Below are positions 1 through 12,003 of a stretch of 64,000 bases of DNA, one piece after another. A model generated the notes under the pieces. That model was not told the DNA's origin, made no database searches, and saw only the letters and a program-made list of their open reading frames with translations. Source of the stretch: Lytechinus pictus (Eukaryota); the NCBI RefSeq assembly GCF_037042905.1, contig NC_087245.1, forward strand, positions 7,132,001 through 7,196,000, read 5' to 3'. Positions within the stretch are counted from its first letter, which is position 1, and every line of letters starts with the position of its first letter. The translations under genes and the position numbers were made by a program.

Positions 1-2609
1 GCCAACTTCTTGTAAATGATGGGAGCAGTATCTATATCGGCTCCTACTATAGGCCCCCAACGAATAGTAATGACTTAGAAAATCTTAGCAAAAGCCTTGA
101 AAAAATCCAACAGGAAACTAACACACCCTACATCATACTTGGAGGGGATTTTAATATACCGAATATGTCATGGACTCCAACCGAGGCCACAACCCCACTT
201 CAACGAGACATACTAGGAATTATTGACGAACACAGCTTAGAACAACTCGTCAATTTCACAACACGTCGAGATGCTAGTGGAACCGAAAATATCCTAGACT
301 TGTTTTTCACTACGCACCCATCTCTTGTGAAGAACATCCACCCATACCCAGGATTTTCTGACCACAGCGTAGTAATGGTGGAAATTAACATTAAAGCACC
401 CCTGCCTACTAGGCCGCCAAGAGAGATCCACCAATGGAAAAAGATGGATGAAAACAAAATCAAAACAGACGCAGATAATTTTTGCGTGAACTTTTTGGAC
501 TCAAATCCTGGTAGTAAATCAGTCGAAGAGAATTGGTGCAACTTTAGAGACAAAATGCACGACCTTGTCAACCAACACGTACCGTCAAAAACAGTGTCAG
601 GAAAACCAAGAGTACCCTGGCTAACCCCCAAACTCCAGAAACTTTGCCGCAAGAAGGAGAGGTACTATTCAAAGGCAAAGCAACTCGGAGGACAAGATAG
701 ATGGGACAAATACAAACAAATAAAAAGAGTAGTCAATAAAGAACTTAGAAAAGCCCAACGGACATTCATAGCAACTCTTTCAGAAGCCGGTAATAAACGG
801 TTCTGGAAATATATCAAAACCAGGCGAAAGGACAACGTAGGGATCCAGAGCCTTAAGAAGGGAAACGACATCATTACTGATGACAAAGGGAAAGCAGACG
901 CACTGGCCGAACAGTTCCAGAGCGTCTTCTCCAGGGACGAAACCCAAATCCCCAACCTTCCAACAAGAAACATCCCTGATATGCCAGATATCAACATCAC
1001 AGTTAGTGGCATCCTCAAGCTATTGAACAAGTTAGATGTCTCAAAGGCCGCAGGACCAGATAGCATACCAAACCGTATTCTTAAACTTACAGCTGAAGAA
1101 ATAGCCCCCGTCCTTCAATTCATATTTAAACAGTCATACGACCAAGGGATCCTTCCCGAGGATTGGCGTAAAGCGAACATCGCTGCTATCTACAAGAAGG
1201 GTCCTAAAAATGATCCAGCTAATTATCGCCCTATATCCTTGACCAGTGTATGCTGCAAACTTATGGAACATATTGTAGACAGCCATCTAATGACACACCT
1301 TACTTCAAACTCAATCCTTTCTGACTACCAGCATGCCTTCAGACGGGGTAGATCATGTGACACACAATTAGTTGCCACAATCCATGATCTTGCTACTCAT
1401 CACAACAACAAGGAGACATGTGACATCGCAATACTCGACTTTAGTAAAGCATTCGATGTCGTCCCCCACAAGAAATTGTTGCAGAAACTTCAATTGTATG
1501 GCATCCGTAGCAAGACCCTTGAGTGGATAAGATCCTTCCTGACCCAGAGATATCAAAGAACAGTAGTGAATGGTAAAACATCAAAGTGGTTACCAGTCCT
1601 AAGCGGTATTCCGCAGGGAACAGTCCTCGGGCCCCACCTCTTCATCTTATATATAAACGACCTCTCAGAAGCAGTTCACAGCACGGCAAGACTGTTCGCA
1701 GATGACTGCATACTCTACCGAGCAATATCCAACCCCTCTGATGAAGAATCACTACAAAAAGACTTGGATAATTTGGTCACATGGGGAAACACATGGGGGA
1801 TGAAATTCAACGCTTCCAAATGCACTGTCATGAGGATCTCCAGAAAGCGAGTACCAGGACATACCAATTACTTACTCCTTGGTCAACAACTTCAGGAAGT
1901 AAATAGCCATCAATACCTAGGAATACATATAGAAAACAGCCTAAAATGGGATAAGCAGTCACAACAGGCAACCGCCAAAGGTACGAGGGCGTTAAACTTC
2001 ATCAGAAGGAACTTCTATCACTGCTCTAAAACAGTGAAGGAACGTTTATACCATTCACTTGTTAGACCCCACCTAGAATACGCTTCGATAGCATGGCACC
2101 CAGGCACAGTCAAGAACACCAAATTGCTGGAAATGGTTCAGAGACGAGCCGCCCGGTTCGTCACAGGAAACTACACACGGGGATCCAGTGTTACTAACAT
2201 AATGACAACACTTGGCTGGATGTCTCTCGAAGAAAGGAGGCGAAATCACCGAATCATCAACTTATATAAGATCATCCATGGAGAAACTCAACTTGACTTA
2301 AATAAATATGCCACAAGAAAAATAACAAGACTAAGAAGATCCCATGATGAACTGTATGACGTCACTTCAAAGTTCATCACAACTACTCAACTGGCTAATT
2401 CCTTCTTCCCTGAAGCAATCTCCCACTGGAATAACCTCACAGCTGATATGGTATCCTCCAAAAGCACTGACATACTTAAAGCAAAACTAAACATGCAAAA
2501 CTTGCAACAAAACAAAACAGAGTAATAATACTCCCACTCTCGTCAGCCCTGAGTTACCCTTCCTGGTGGAGGACTTCAGGGATTGAAACTACAAGGTACA
2601 AGGTACAAG
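1..2609 (+). mobile_element. CR1-group non-LTR retrotransposon, 3' portion (5' end outside window), with 3' stem-loop and (ACAAGGT)n tail
   Basis: Uninterrupted EN-RT ORF; short 3' UTR with CCCTGA...TCAGGG inverted repeat (~2547-2581); tail ACAAGGTACAAGGTACAAG at 2591-2609. Confidence 0.9.
3..2525 (+). CDS. LINE ORF2: apurinic endonuclease C-terminal half plus reverse transcriptase; frame open from the window edge
   Basis: APE motifs YYRPP, GGDFN, LDLFFT, SDH; RT motifs YRPISLTS, DFSKAFD, GIPQGTVLGP, LFADD, YLG; C-terminal QRRAARFV and SFFP..ISHWNNL. No stops in about 840 codons. Confidence 0.93.
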   Translation, partial: QLLVNDGSSIYIGSYYRPPTNSNDLENLSKSLEKIQQETNTPYIILGGDFNIPNMSWTPTEATTPLQRDILGIIDEHSLEQLVNFTTRRDASGTENILDLFFTTHPSLVKNIHPYPGFSDHSVVMVEINIKAPLPTRPPREIHQWKKMDENKIKTDADNFCVNFLDSNPGSKSVEENWCNFRDKMHDLVNQHVPSKTVSGKPRVPWLTPKLQKLCRKKERYYSKAKQLGGQDRWDKYKQIKRVVNKELRKAQRTFIATLSEAGNKRFWKYIKTRRKDNVGIQSLKKGNDIITDDKGKADALAEQFQSVFSRDETQIPNLPTRNIPDMPDINITVSGILKLLNKLDVSKAAGPDSIPNRILKLTAEEIAPVLQFIFKQSYDQGILPEDWRKANIAAIYKKGPKNDPANYRPISLTSVCCKLMEHIVDSHLMTHLTSNSILSDYQHAFRRGRSCDTQLVATIHDLATHHNNKETCDIAILDFSKAFDVVPHKKLLQKLQLYGIRSKTLEWIRSFLTQRYQRTVVNGKTSKWLPVLSGIPQGTVLGPHLFILYINDLSEAVHSTARLFADDCILYRAISNPSDEESLQKDLDNLVTWGNTWGMKFNASKCTVMRISRKRVPGHTNYLLLGQQLQEVNSHQYLGIHIENSLKWDKQSQQATAKGTRALNFIRRNFYHCSKTVKERLYHSLVRPHLEYASIAWHPGTVKNTKLLEMVQRRAARFVTGNYTRGSSVTNIMTTLGWMSLEERRRNHRIINLYKIIHGETQLDLNKYATRKITRLRRSHDELYDVTSKFITTTQLANSFFPEAISHWNNLTADMVSSKSTDILKAKLNMQNLQQNKTE

Positions 2610-4013
2610 ATCCGTGCCTGATTCCCCTGGCTGTTCAAGAAAATGAATGACTGGAGAGGGTTCAGGTCATCGAACATCAAAAATGTCAAGTCCTTCTTGG
2701 GCTTGATAACTTTTCCGGAGCTGACTTCAAAGAACTGGGCGAGGGTTTAATCCCAACTGAACTTAGCAGTGGAGAGCTTCCAAAACAGATGAAAGCACTA
2801 GAACATTCCGTAAGTCGTGTACTGTTCTTCATGCAGGTCCAACAACCCTGCTATCACTCAGATGGGACTCTTCCGCTCAATGAACCTTGAAGGTGAGATG
2901 TTGCCTCCATCAATTCGTGCTGCTTTACTACCTCACATCCTACATGCATGTCCTACGTGTCAATTACATCACGACGCGAGACAAGTCCTACAAAACTAAT
3001 TACCCAGTGCTTCCTCCTATCGAAGAGAATGGATGTCTTCCAGTCTAGTGCCTTGTTCTCGGGCAGTACTTGAACTAATCAAACGTGGCTGCAAAGCAGG
3101 GTGCCCTGCACTCCCTTGTGCAAATGCTACGGCGGGGACTGTGTCAACCAGACAAGGGAGGATGCTCCAGATAGTGACAGCGACTGACCACTGACTGTAA
3201 TTGGAAGTCTGAGGAAGCTTCAGTGTTTCAATGGTTAAAACAAAGTAGGTGGTGTCCCTTTCTCATGTTTATTACTTTTATTTATTACTGGAAAATGTTT
3301 CCTAATGATTCTTCACATCGGGAAGAAATTTTGTCATGTACCAGTATTTGTGAACAAAATAGCTCGATTTTTTTTTCATCCTTTCCGCCCCGCGGATAGA
3401 AAAAAAACAAAATGCCAATTTTTGTATGAAATAATTGCAGATTTCGGATTTATTAATAAAATTACAGTGCATAGCATTTGATATTTGAGGGAAGTGCTTT
3501 ATCGTCAGTAAGGTTTTCAATGCATAACATCCTGAAATGGGGTTGATTTTTATATCAATTGACCAAGAACAATCCTATAAATTACATGTGATGTTATTTG
3601 ACTGTATAACATGGTATCTTGATTTCATTTTGTAATCATTTTGTCCTAATTCTAGTGCCAAAAATGGGGAAAATAACATTTTTGGGTAATATGTTCCCAT
3701 TTTTCGCATAGTACGCCGTCATGTGGTAAACTGAAAAACATTGACATCAAAAAATCAACAAATATTCATACTTGTACACCTCAGATAACTTAAAAATAAA
3801 GTTGGTGAAAAGTGAGAAATCATGAGGTTGAAAATAATAGATATCCTATTGGGCTTAAACAGGCCAATATGGCGCCCCAAAATGACCCCCCCCCCCCCAC
3901 GAAGGGAAGGAGGGGTCTGAACCCCGTCATTTTGGGTCCAAAGGGATCCTCTTGAAGGAAAAAAAAATTATTTTGGCCAAAAAACCTACGGGATTTCACA
4001 TCATACCGCACTA
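2610..4013 (+). mobile_element. Degenerate 3' part of an Academ(X)-like DNA transposon (XPG-like nuclease and Cys-rich C-terminus remnants), interrupted by the LINE
   Basis: Broken frames read CQVLLGLDNFSGAD, LEGEMLPPSIRAALLPHI, LPPIEENGW, AVLELIKRGCKAGC and PCTPLCKCYGGDCVN; candidate terminus ...CATACCGCACTA at 4013. Confidence 0.7.
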
Positions 4014-4204
4014 ATAGTTGAATAATAATAATATTAAAATTTCCTTTTAAAGATTTTCATAAGGACATGATTTGACGAATGCCTGCGAATCTTATGAGAA
4101 TATTTTCTTTTTTAGAATTTCCATTGCCAGAAAATCTTTAAGCCTCTCCAACCATCCCCGATAATATAAAAGAAATGACAACTATTTGAATAAATGTAGC
4201 TCAC

Positions 4205-4436
4205 CAAGGATACCGATTGAAACGATGAAAGCAACCCATGACCTAACTGCTGATTGAAAGATTCTGTAGTCACGGTAGGTTTCCGCCAACCGCATGCGAC
4301 ATCGATCGAGGTAACCTTCGTTCTCGATAAAGAAGGCGAGGAGGAGATTGCACTCGATCTCGAAGGAGCAACGCAGGTGGAAAATCGTATGGCAGAATAC
4401 ACCATATAACAGCATCCCAGCTGTGACAGACAATAC
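4205..4436 (-). CDS. Exon 5 of candidate GRL/7TM-ion-channel-like membrane protein (VLSVTAGMLLYGVFCHTIF...RSWVAFIVSIGIL/G)
   Basis: Acceptor ttaatttatccag|GTA in phase 0 matches exon 4; donor CTTG|gtgagc in phase 1; encodes a TM helix, a long amphipathic loop and the start of the next TM. Confidence 0.85.
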
Positions 4437-4746
4437 CTGGATAAATTAAGAGCAAATGTTCCTGGTGTCAAACAAAAGAACATTATTAACTGCATCTAAA
4501 GTTCTGTTACTAAAAATCGTCCTTGTGTGTTTCATACTAAATTGTTTAGGTCGTAATTAGTGACATTTGAATATGAAAGAAATTCAGGCCTTGCATTGTT
4601 GGAATAATTCACCTCATCTTGGCAGGGGGTGTAAAAAAACACACTTGTAATCATGAGTGGATCATTTGACGTCTTATAGTCCTGAACAGCACGTCCAGAT
4701 TGAAATAAAACTATAACTTGCACCTCATTATAATTTATTGGTTATG

Positions 4747-6578
4747 CATAGGCGGATCCAGGGGGGGCTGCCCCCCCCCCCCCTATTGGCGGAGCAAAAT
4801 AAAAGAAAAAAAAGGGGGGGGGAAAAAAGGGAAGAGAGAGGAGAAAAAAAGAAGGGGGAAACAAAAGAGGAAGAAGACGAGTGAATAAAATAAGATGAGG
4901 GGAAGACTTGGAAAATAATTAAGAAAATCTTTCATGTCACTAAATAAAAATTTTCGCTGGCGCTTCGCGCTCGCATTGCATTTTAGGTGATTTACATATC
5001 TTGTTCAATATGGAGTTTGAATATCAATATATAATATACAAAACATATTTCATCACGGAAATCGAACTTTCATTATTTTGTGTGATTTACAAATTGATTT
5101 TTAAAAAGTGCTCTGTAGAAATGTCAGTTTTATGGTCTGAATTTTATCATTTTCTGCTCGCGCTGCGCGCTCGCAAATTTTGATTTATCAGGTACCTATT
5201 ATTTTCGTGTATTCCATAAAGTTTTCAAAATAGCCCTTTTCAGGTCTGATTGTCAAAACGTATCAGCTAGCGCTGCATGCTCGCATATTGATTGGTGAGT
5301 TATGTATGTCTCAATATTGATTATACAACAAACTACTTAAAATCCCCTTTTCATGACGGCTCGCAATTTGCGCTCGCATTAATGTTTAATAATATATTAA
5401 CTGATGCATCCTAGTTATAATTAGAAAAGAGATTGAAATGTCCAGTTTTCAGGCCATCATCTCATCAGATTTCGAACCCTCATTAGGCATTAATGAATAA
5501 GATATTAATTTAATAATTGAATTGTCCCTTTTGTTTCATCTTGAGCTTAGCAAGAGTAAAAGGCAGGCAGTCTTCATTTTCATATGATGACATGTCCTAC
5601 GGACATTATCATTATCCAGTTTCAGATCACAGTATCAAAAAAATTCTGCTGGCGCTTTGTGCTCTCAAATAATGTAGAAAGGTCCCCTATTACTCATTCT
5701 TTTCATGATTTACAAAACATGAATAGAGTGTCCCGTTTTTAGGTCTAAATCTCGATTTTTTCCGCTCGCGCTTCGCGCTCGCACCAATTTAGTTACATAG
5801 CTATCTTGTTTACGATTATAAAAATTGATTAAAATTGTCAATTCTTTATGTAGAAATGTCAAAAATTTTCAGCTCGCGCTTCGCGCTCGCATGATTTGAT
5901 TGCTGAAATATGTAACGTCTCCATGCATGGCTGAGTGGCAGTCCTTAACAGGTACCTTTTCGATCAGTTCAAAACGAAACATGAAAATGTTCTGCTCGCG
6001 CTTTGCGCTCGCATTATTAATGTAAGGAAGATCCCCAATTACTCATCCTTTTCATTATTTACAAAACATGAATAGAGTGTCTCGTTCAGTAGGTCTAAAT
6101 CTTGAAATTTTCCGCTCGCGCTTCGCGCTCGCATTATTTGATTTTTAAAATATGTAACGTCTTCATGGCTAACTGCATGCAATCTTTAACAGATAAATTT
6201 TCCATCTTTATCCCCATTTAACATGCTTGCTTTAATGGGTTCGTAGTAATTTCTGCTCGCGCTTCGCGTTCGTAGTAATTATTTAGTTGCATACACATCT
6301 TTTTCAGGATAAAAAACATTGCCCAGAATGTTCAAATTTTAGGAAAAAAATACACAAGATTTCCAAAATATTTAGCTCGCGCTTCGCGCTCGCATTATAT
6401 AAATAAGGATTATGATATTATATATTTATGTTGATTAATAAGAATAAAGCTAAAAAGTGACTATTAGGACTATTCCTTCAAAGAAACCAAAAATCATCTT
6501 CGAGCGGCCGATCGGAGAAAATATGGCTGAAAAAATTCCGGCCCCCCCCCCATTTGGCGAAGGCTGGATCCGCCCCTG
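4747..6578. mobile_element. hAT-type non-autonomous element, family A (TIR CATAGGCGGATCCAG / CTGGATCCGCCCCTG), in intron 4 of the minus-strand gene
   Basis: Imperfect TIRs; flanking direct repeat GTTATG (4741-4746 and 6579-6584); colinear with 27223-29288; about ten GCTCGCGCTTCGCGCTCGC-type motifs. Confidence 0.85.
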
Positions 6579-6635
6579 GTTATGGTCGGGCCCTTAAGGG
6601 ATGGGAATGGGCATTAGGCGAGGCTCTAAACACAC

Positions 6636-6806
6636 CTCTATAATAGCGAACATGAGGTTTATGACAGGCTGGAGCTGGCTCAAACTGTTGAAGTAGACTA
6701 TTTCGAAGACCATATTGACAACAGGCCATAGGAGACATGCTACATGAAATGGAATTCCTGGAAGATGAAACCCCGTAGGTCCGCACAGGTACTGAAGACG
6801 TCGAGT
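6636..6806 (-). CDS. Exon 4 of candidate GRL-like protein (TRRLQYLCGPTGFHLPGIPFHVACLLWPVVNMVFEIVYFNSLSQLQPVINLMFAIIE)
   Basis: Acceptor ttattatttttcag|ACT, donor GAG|gtgtgt; 171 nt, phase 0-0, open and hydrophobic; this frame is absent from the ORF track. Confidence 0.85.
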
Positions 6807-7411
6807 CTGAAAAATAATAAAGCATAGTTTGGGGTTGAGATTCAGTCGAACTATGGACCTACCACCTCTAGGTCCATGGTCGTGCCGACAATCATGGGTT
6901 TAAGGAGAAATTGTTACCGTGAGATTGCTAGCTAGTCCTTATACCGGAATGCTCCCCACTTATATGACATAACCATGATAACGGAATTGACGAAGTGCAC
7001 TGTTTGTAGGTTCTACCTCCATGGGTAAACCATAATCGATAAACATAGTTACCATACAAGTCATCTGCAAAATTTAAGTTGCTACTTACCATATGCTTAC
7101 GAGCCTACTAACGTCGATGCATTATTGTTATATCTATTTTTCCTGCCTCTATATCATAAAATTCGAAGAACCATATTCTCTTTCCACAGTTATTTTTATT
7201 CATCAGATCGCCATACAAATAAAGATTAGAAATATGTACAAGTACATGTTTGAAATATTAAAAACATTGATTTTCAAGAGTCATACCACATCGCATGGAA
7301 CCAGACTATACATTGGTATAGTCCTGTGTCATTTTGCCAATCTATATTCCAATAATTGACAAACAAAGGTGGAGGGGTTGAGGGATACCAACAACAAACC
7401 AGTAAGCTTAC

Positions 7412-7707
7412 CATAAAATCTTGATGCATCATTTCACTCCAACCCCAGTTCACTTGAATGTTTTCCATGTCCAGCCTTTTTCCATATCCATTGAAGTAAT
7501 ACCGGACCTTCCCGTAGACACAGATCAAGGCAACCGAACTCAAGCTGATTGAAAATGACATGAACGAAGTCAAATGCATCACTTCGTCTTCACGACCAAA
7601 CAGGTAACAGAAGTAGAGGACAGTCATGTAGCACATACCAACCGTTAGCACTATCATGAATAGCATAGAAACTACTGTTCCGATGGCTCTGCGGTATGGC
7701 CCAGGCA
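7412..7707 (-). CDS. Exon 3 of candidate GRL-like protein (two TM helices, ends QDFM)
   Basis: Acceptor catttaccctcag|TG in phase 1 (an alternative in-frame AG lies about 40 nt upstream); donor ATG|gtaagc in phase 0; overlaps ORF 7274..7735. Confidence 0.85.
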
Positions 7708-7801
7708 CTGAGGGTAAATGAGAGATTTCATTCATTGAAACGATTTCTGAGAAATAAACTTGAAATTAAAATCTGTATGTATCATGTGAGTGTCTTAATA
7801 G

Positions 7802-8121
7802 TAATAATAATGATAATAAAAACAACAACAATAATAATAATAATAATTGGCGTATAGCACTTTATCAATCTACGACTGCTCAAAGCGCTTCACAATCATT
7901 ACCCGGTCACTGCATTCATAGCTTTCTTCGCAGCCTGCTAGGCGCTGTCTTGCTAAACCAACCACAAAGATGGTTGTTTCCTACCGGTACCCAATTAGCA
8001 CCTGGGTGAGAGTGGCAAAGTGTGGATTGACGCCTTGCCAAAGGACGCAAGGCCATGGTGGGATTCGAATACACGACCCTCTGATTACAAGGCGAAAGTC
8101 AGAACCGCTACACCAGGGCGC
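7802..8121 (-). mobile_element. tRNA-derived SINE
   Basis: Minus-strand head with A box TGGTGTAGCGG and B box TTCGAATCC, core CACCCAGGTGCTAATTGGGTACCGG, short AAT-type repeat tail; second copy at 19830-20131. Confidence 0.85.
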
Positions 8122-8551
8122 TTTTCAATCAGCGTCTTATGAAGCGCTTAGTTAATCAGGAAGTTTAGTTAAGTTGGACAGGCAAATATTAAAGTCTTCA
8201 TCTAATCATATGAAAGGAATTTGGTGTAATGAAATAGTGAATTAAGCAAGGTACGTATACATAAATTGGCTGTTGATAATTGGTTTCGGATAGACCTAAT
8301 TTTGTTTACGAACTTCAGGGACTAGCTGTCCAGTTAGGCTAGATATCAGTTTGAAAGTTCAGTAATACAGTCGTTCGACAAAACATATTTCAGTTTGAAA
8401 ATGCAGTAATACAGTCGTTCGACAAAACATATTTCTTATCCTTCACCCAGTCTAAACATGGAGATTGTGGTATTGTGGATTATTGATACTATTATTATCC
8501 TGAGAAAATTCTAATTGAGTTTTAGGTGGAATTATTGTTATGTATCCTTAC

Positions 8552-8767
8552 GCCACTCCTTGATATTCCTGGTGACGTCACCTTCTCTGTTCCATTGTAG
8601 ACTCTCACACACAGCACAAGTGTTCTCACTACCTTCGTCTTCGTCCCAACAAGTCTTACTGCTTTCATCCCTAAAGTCTGGGGATGGGAATAATCCAGCA
8701 CTTTCGTCCATGTCCTCAAGAAACTCTCTGTCATGTAGTTCCGCTTCTTCATTGTGCTTGTTTCCAG
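8552..8767 (-). CDS. Exon 2 of candidate GRL-like protein (acidic loop, second CxxC: CAVC)
   Basis: Acceptor gcaatctcag|CT, donor TGGC|gtaagg; 216 nt, phase 1-1; overlaps ORF 8538..8798. Confidence 0.8.
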
Positions 8768-9751
8768 CTGAGATTGCAATCAATTGACAGACTTTCATTC
8801 ATCGGTTTATATTAGGGGTTTGAAAGAAATCATACAGGTTACAATCGTTAAAAAATACACTCTCTAACTTAATGTATGTAGGCCTATCTAATTTACACAC
8901 GCCTGTAAAACCTCAATCACATACGCACGCGCAAACATAAACATGACGAACATTTCGAAAAAAATTTACAACCTTAATTTATTTCAGTTCAGTTTCGATT
9001 ATTTTCTTTTTCAAATAATCATCAAAACGACGAAGCAAACAGAAATGAGTGCCTAAAGAAATACTTCAATTATTAATGATATCGTAGAAAAACCTTTGTA
9101 GTTGATTATTTAATATGTTTATAGAAAATATATTCACACAATCTAATTTCTTATCCCTGAAATACGCGTTTCTTGAATAAAAAATCACTTTTGACAAACG
9201 ATAAATCTTTCTTAGTTGATGTTAAGTTGTGTATTTATTTCATTAAACAATAATTACTACTAGATGTCCTTGTTCCCATGCAGAAAAAGGTCGGCAACAG
9301 TTTAAAGTAAATCAGACTAGGAATACAAAACTGATCGCTGTTTATAAAAACAAGACTACTGAGACATGACCAATTTAAATATTGGCACTTGGGTAAGAAA
9401 ATTATTACTGGTGGACAACTGTCCAATTGTCTGTACATAATTAAGGATCTGTGGTTTTGTTCTATTTACAATTTCAGGTAGTAATACAATAACAAGCATG
9501 CGAAAGGGAAGCCAAACATTTGCACCGTACAGTTTGAAGTAAATCAGACTAGGAATACAAAACTGATCGCTGTTTTCTTGTCAAAATAAAATGCCTGTCT
9601 CAATTATTTTCTCAAAAAAACTAAAGTTTCATGTCATGTTCATTTACCAAAAATATTTACCCCTCCAGATTACTAGTAGGGCTATATTGAAAGTCTAAAG
9701 GCCATTTTGGCAGTAGCTATACAGCCTGCTGGAAATAGTAGTATAATTTAC

Positions 9752-9908
9752 CTTGAGGTTCAAATAATGGATCAGCTTTGCTTTCTTCAAGGTGATTGCT
9801 ACACAACAAACATCGATGTCGCCAATGAATAGGTGCCCAGTGAAATATTCCCAACATTTGTAGTTGCAACCTCAGCAAAATACTTTGAAGCATTGTTAAG
9901 TGTTTCAT
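9752..9908 (-). CDS. First coding exon of candidate GRL-like protein (MKHLTMLQSILLRLQLQMLGIFHWAPIHWRHRCLLC...)
   Basis: ATG at 9908 with an upstream in-frame TAA; donor CAAG|gtaaat in phase 1; an acceptor-like ttttaacag near 9967 suggests a non-coding 5' exon further upstream. Confidence 0.8.
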
Positions 9909-11671
9909 AGTCTTGTCACTTTGTTTTACAATACGTTGGCATTGAATGCTGAAATGAAGTTAAGACCTGTTAAAAAAAGGGTGTATACATCTTAGTTTAC
10001 ATGCGCATCATATCAGATATAAACATATTTTTGCCAAAGGAAAAAAGAGCCAAATTTATCCTCTTGTGACCACAAGCGAAGAGCAAGAAAGGTGACAGAA
10101 ATGACAAAAGAGGATAAAGCCTCTGACTAAGGTATTTCTTCAAAGGAATGACATCTTATCTAACTTGGTAAACTGGTTATAATAACACATAAGCAGTATA
10201 AGTTAGGAAGGCTGGTTAGGCTGCCGATATTCAATGCAAATGCCCGTAACGGCTGCTGTTGAGAGGGTCTGGAAAAAGTTGATGAAAACAACAGTGATTT
10301 AATTTCACACACCATGGTGAAAGTTGCACAGAAATGCCACCATGTCAGCAGAAGAGGTAATGATTCAAGTTGACAACAGTGGAGAACATACAAATCAAAT
10401 TTGACCTGTTTACTTTGAGATTGATTGATTTTTCATCTAAAGAAATTGTACTTGATGTAAAATAAACGAATGTCAGAATATTATCAAATTATATAGTAAA
10501 CTATATTGTTGAGAATATATGACGTTGAGAATAAAGTTCCCACAAGTGGTCATACCTTTAAACTTAGATTGCGACTTCTGCATATATGGTATCTATTTTC
10601 ATGAATTGAACACAACTTCTGAAAAGTTTATAACTTGAATTGCTAGAATAAATTTGATTTGTACCACTTTCATACCAAAATCATCTGTTTTATACTCATT
10701 AAGTGCCAGCCTAGACACAACTTGCATCCTAGCAAAACTGTTGTTAACCTCAGCCAAAGTCAGTTGACTGAGAATGAACACTAGGTCCTTCCATTGGGAT
10801 TTCATTTCGCAATGGCTTCTCAGCAAGTTCACCGAAAAGAATTCATCCAGAATTTTGTAATACAAACATACTAACACGCGAGGCGCTTTATCGCTGCTGT
10901 CCGGCGATTACTACTATAAATGCACACTGTCCTAGTCTATTTTAAAACCCTGGATTGGCAAATAAACAGCGCATGAGGACTTGCCCAAAGACTACCGATA
11001 ACTAGACAAACATGATCACCCACGTTCAAAATCAATGTCCATTTTCACTTTCAGAACTGAATTGAAAGGAAAACACTTCACCTTATAAACCTGTGTATTA
11101 AAATAGAAAGAAATAATGAGCTATATGTATTGATAACCAACCCACGGTGATAAGGTTTGATGCCTTGATTTAAAATAACGAAAAAAGGGCAAGTATGCAA
11201 AATATTTCATTGTAGATTATATCGTCAAAATCATTTTCGTTGTCGTTTTTATACTAAGTGCACATTTCGCATTCCCAAATCAAATAATTCAGCAAAAAAT
11301 CAATATCATTTGGAAGTTGAGATATGGATGTATGGAAAACATTTTTTTTTAGAAAGAGGCAGTAAAAGCACTGTTCAAAATGTTTTATGTAACGCTGTTT
11401 ACTATATGAACTTGTTAGCAGTTGTTTAACATTTTAATCAAGAAATTAAAATTTTAACCAACGTTTAATTTTGAATATATCTTTAATGAATTAATCATAG
11501 TTGTTTAGACTGTTAAACAAATACAGTCAAAGCGTTACATAAACAACTATGCTTTACTGTAGGCAATAACTAATTTCTCCTACAAACTGTATGGATATAT
11601 TAATTTTAATAATTTTCTAATACAACATGGTTCGATCCCTCGTTATCTTAATGGTAGAGCAGTGTTTAGGG

Positions 11672-11886
<215 letters not shown>

Positions 11887-12003
11887 AATCTCGTTTTTTC
11901 ACAGGAGTTGCCAGGAAACCATCTGGGAAATTATGTCTAAAAATTATCGCGTTCAAACTCTGAGTTCTAAGTTCTGATCTTAGAAACTGCCAGCTTTCTT
12001 ATA

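Noticed and set aside
200..1556. Minus-strand ORFs overlapping the LINE RT (likewise plus-strand ORFs within 58825-61311)
   Set aside because: Antisense shadows of retrotransposon coding sequence with no independent motifs.
8050..8121. tRNA-like sequences (also about 20060-20131 and 37990-38045)
   Set aside because: A/B boxes run on into SINE bodies or decayed repeats; no convincing complete cloverleaf.
8347..8436. About 44-bp tandem duplication in intron 2 of the minus-strand gene
   Set aside because: Ordinary slippage duplication with no further structure.
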